A program made the translations under genes and the position numbers. This document shows positions 14,136 to 15,338 of a DNA stretch of 15,338 nucleotides, one piece after another. The stretch comes from Candidatus Aenigmatarchaeota archaeon. Its GTDB lineage: Archaea; Aenigmatarchaeota; Aenigmatarchaeia; Aenigmatarchaeales; JACQIB01. The notes beneath the pieces were generated by a model that searched no databases, was not told where the DNA came from, and was given only the letters and a program-made list of their open reading frames with translations. The DNA lies in contig JAWABM010000001.1 of NCBI GenBank assembly GCA_038999215.1, forward strand, positions 1 through 15,338, written 5' to 3'. How positions within the stretch are numbered: the stretch's first letter is position 1; each line of letters opens with the position of its first letter.

Positions 14136-14939
14136 TTAAATCTTTCTTACCAGCAGTTTCATATCATAGGCAAGGTCCAGGAGCTCCAAGGGGACATCCA
14201 GGTATCTTCCCCTCTCCGTGGCATGGAAGGCCGGCATGTTCAGCTTCGCGATCTCATCGGCATGCCTCAGCCTCTTGAGCGCTCCGCCGCATCTTTCGGT
14301 CTTCTCCTTCTCGCGGCAGCGGCCGGCCGCGCAGTTCGTGCCGGCGCCCGCGAAGACCACGGGGGCGACCAGCTTCGAAGCGACAAGCATGCCGTAGGCA
14401 AGCGAATTTATCTCCCCCTGGGCCCTTTCGCACAGCCTCTGCGGAAAGAAGCTGTTGAGAAGCTCGGTCGCGTTGCAGGAAAAATAAAGGGAAGTCGTTA
14501 TCCTCTGCGGCAGGACATCCCTTGCCTCCTCCTCCGGCACGCCGAGGGCAATCAGCTTCTCATAATCGCCATAGCTCCTGTCGCTGGACTCGTTGTACAG
14601 CCTTAGCGCCTCAGGGTTGGAGGCAACGCCTTTGGACGGCTGCCTGAAGGACTTCTTCTTCAGCATCCTGTGGCTCTGCTGAGAATAGGAGCCGTGCCTG
14701 TGGCGGACGAGCTGGTGCGAGCACACTCGCGAGATGTCGTCGACCATGAAGGTGAGTATGTTGTGCTCCAAAGTGCTATAGTGGCGGACATCGTTTATGT
14801 ATTCTATCGTTCCCTTGACCTGCTTCTCTCCGAGTTCGTCCCTGTCCACGCACTGCTCCGAACGGCAGGTCCTTGCCGCTGCAGCGGCAATCTCGTCGAT
14901 GAACGGGGAATAGTTCGTGAGCGCAAGTCGCATGCACAT
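14136..14939 (-). CDS. thyX: Flavin-dependent thymidylate synthase
   Basis: HYSTLEH, ISRVCSHQLVRHRHGSYSQQSHR (RHRx7S motif), E.AR.VLP, RLCERAQ.EI. Confidence 0.95.
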   Translation of the reverse strand: MCMRLALTNYSPFIDEIAAAAARTCRSEQCVDRDELGEKQVKGTIEYINDVRHYSTLEHNILTFMVDDISRVCSHQLVRHRHGSYSQQSHRMLKKKSFRQPSKGVASNPEALRLYNESSDRSYGDYEKLIALGVPEEEARDVLPQRITTSLYFSCNATELLNSFFPQRLCERAQGEINSLAYGMLVASKLVAPVVFAGAGTNCAAGRCREKEKTERCGGALKRLRHADEIAKLNMPAFHATERGRYLDVPLELLDLAYDMKLLVRKI

Positions 14940-14964
14940 TATGCGCTGCGAAAAGATTTATGCT

Positions 14965-15338
14965 TTATCCGCCGAAGATGAACCCGCCGCCCGATGGTAT
15001 CAAACGTTGGAAATCTTCTATCGGTATCTGCTCTATCAGCGCCGTGTCCTCCGGCATGGACTTGATCAGGATCTTCCTCTTTATCTCAGCCGCGAGCTGC
15101 GGCTGCTGGACCGCGCCGGGCCTGATTGTGACGAAATAGTCGGCGTTCTTGTTCAGCGCCTGGACCGAGCCGGCAACGGCCTTGGCGACGCGGTTTCCCT
15201 CCTTGTCCTTCTCTATCATAACGCCTATCGAGACCTTCAGCTCCATCTTCTTCATGAAGTTGCGCTTATGGAAGATGAACGCGCCCTTGGGCAGGAACTC
15301 GCCGGCCTTAGGCGTCTTGGAGACGTCCTCAGGCTTTG
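14965..15338 (-). CDS. NFACT-family (Rqc2/RqcH) ribosome quality-control protein, C-terminal part; 5' truncated by window
   Basis: Frame is open to the window edge and reads KPEDVSKTPKAGEFLPKGAFIFHKRNF...L..SIG...IP.G, matching the archaeal NFACT C-terminal VSKT..SGEYL.KGSF.I.GKRN pattern. Confidence 0.8.
   Translation of the reverse strand, partial: KPEDVSKTPKAGEFLPKGAFIFHKRNFMKKMELKVSIGVMIEKDKEGNRVAKAVAGSVQALNKNADYFVTIRPGAVQQPQLAAEIKRKILIKSMPEDTALIEQIPIEDFQRLIPSGGGFIFGG

Overview
Compact, GC-rich archaeal window. The archaeal call rests on intron-containing tRNAs with bulge-helix-bulge splice motifs, TATA/BRE promoters, many probably leaderless genes and GGTGA/GGAGG Shine-Dalgarno sites. 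The gene style suggests a DPANN-type lineage, but that is inference. In order the window holds: the 3' part of a type IV pilus-like locus (GspF/TadC-type membrane protein plus six pilin-like genes); small hypotheticals and a DUF333 protein; ftsZ; a 500-bp intergenic region with a candidate structured sRNA; tRNA-Asn(GTT) with intron, FKBP PPIase, a Trm11-like methyltransferase and two hypotheticals; a second, identical intron-containing tRNA-Asn that lies inside an unannotated AbrB/MazE-like reading frame directly upstream of asnS; a divergent dCTP deaminase-like gene; tRNA-Arg(TCG) with intron; an HTH protein and a hypothetical; thyX; and the 3' end of an NFACT/Rqc2 gene. Top leads are (1) the AbrB-domain frame running through a complete tRNA gene, (2) a promoter- and terminator-bounded array of four GCCC-loop hairpins divergent from ftsZ, (3) the exact full-length tRNA duplication, and (4) a pilin whose cleavage site is reachable only by read-through of the upstream amber stop. 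All calls were made by eye; no searches or folding programs were run.
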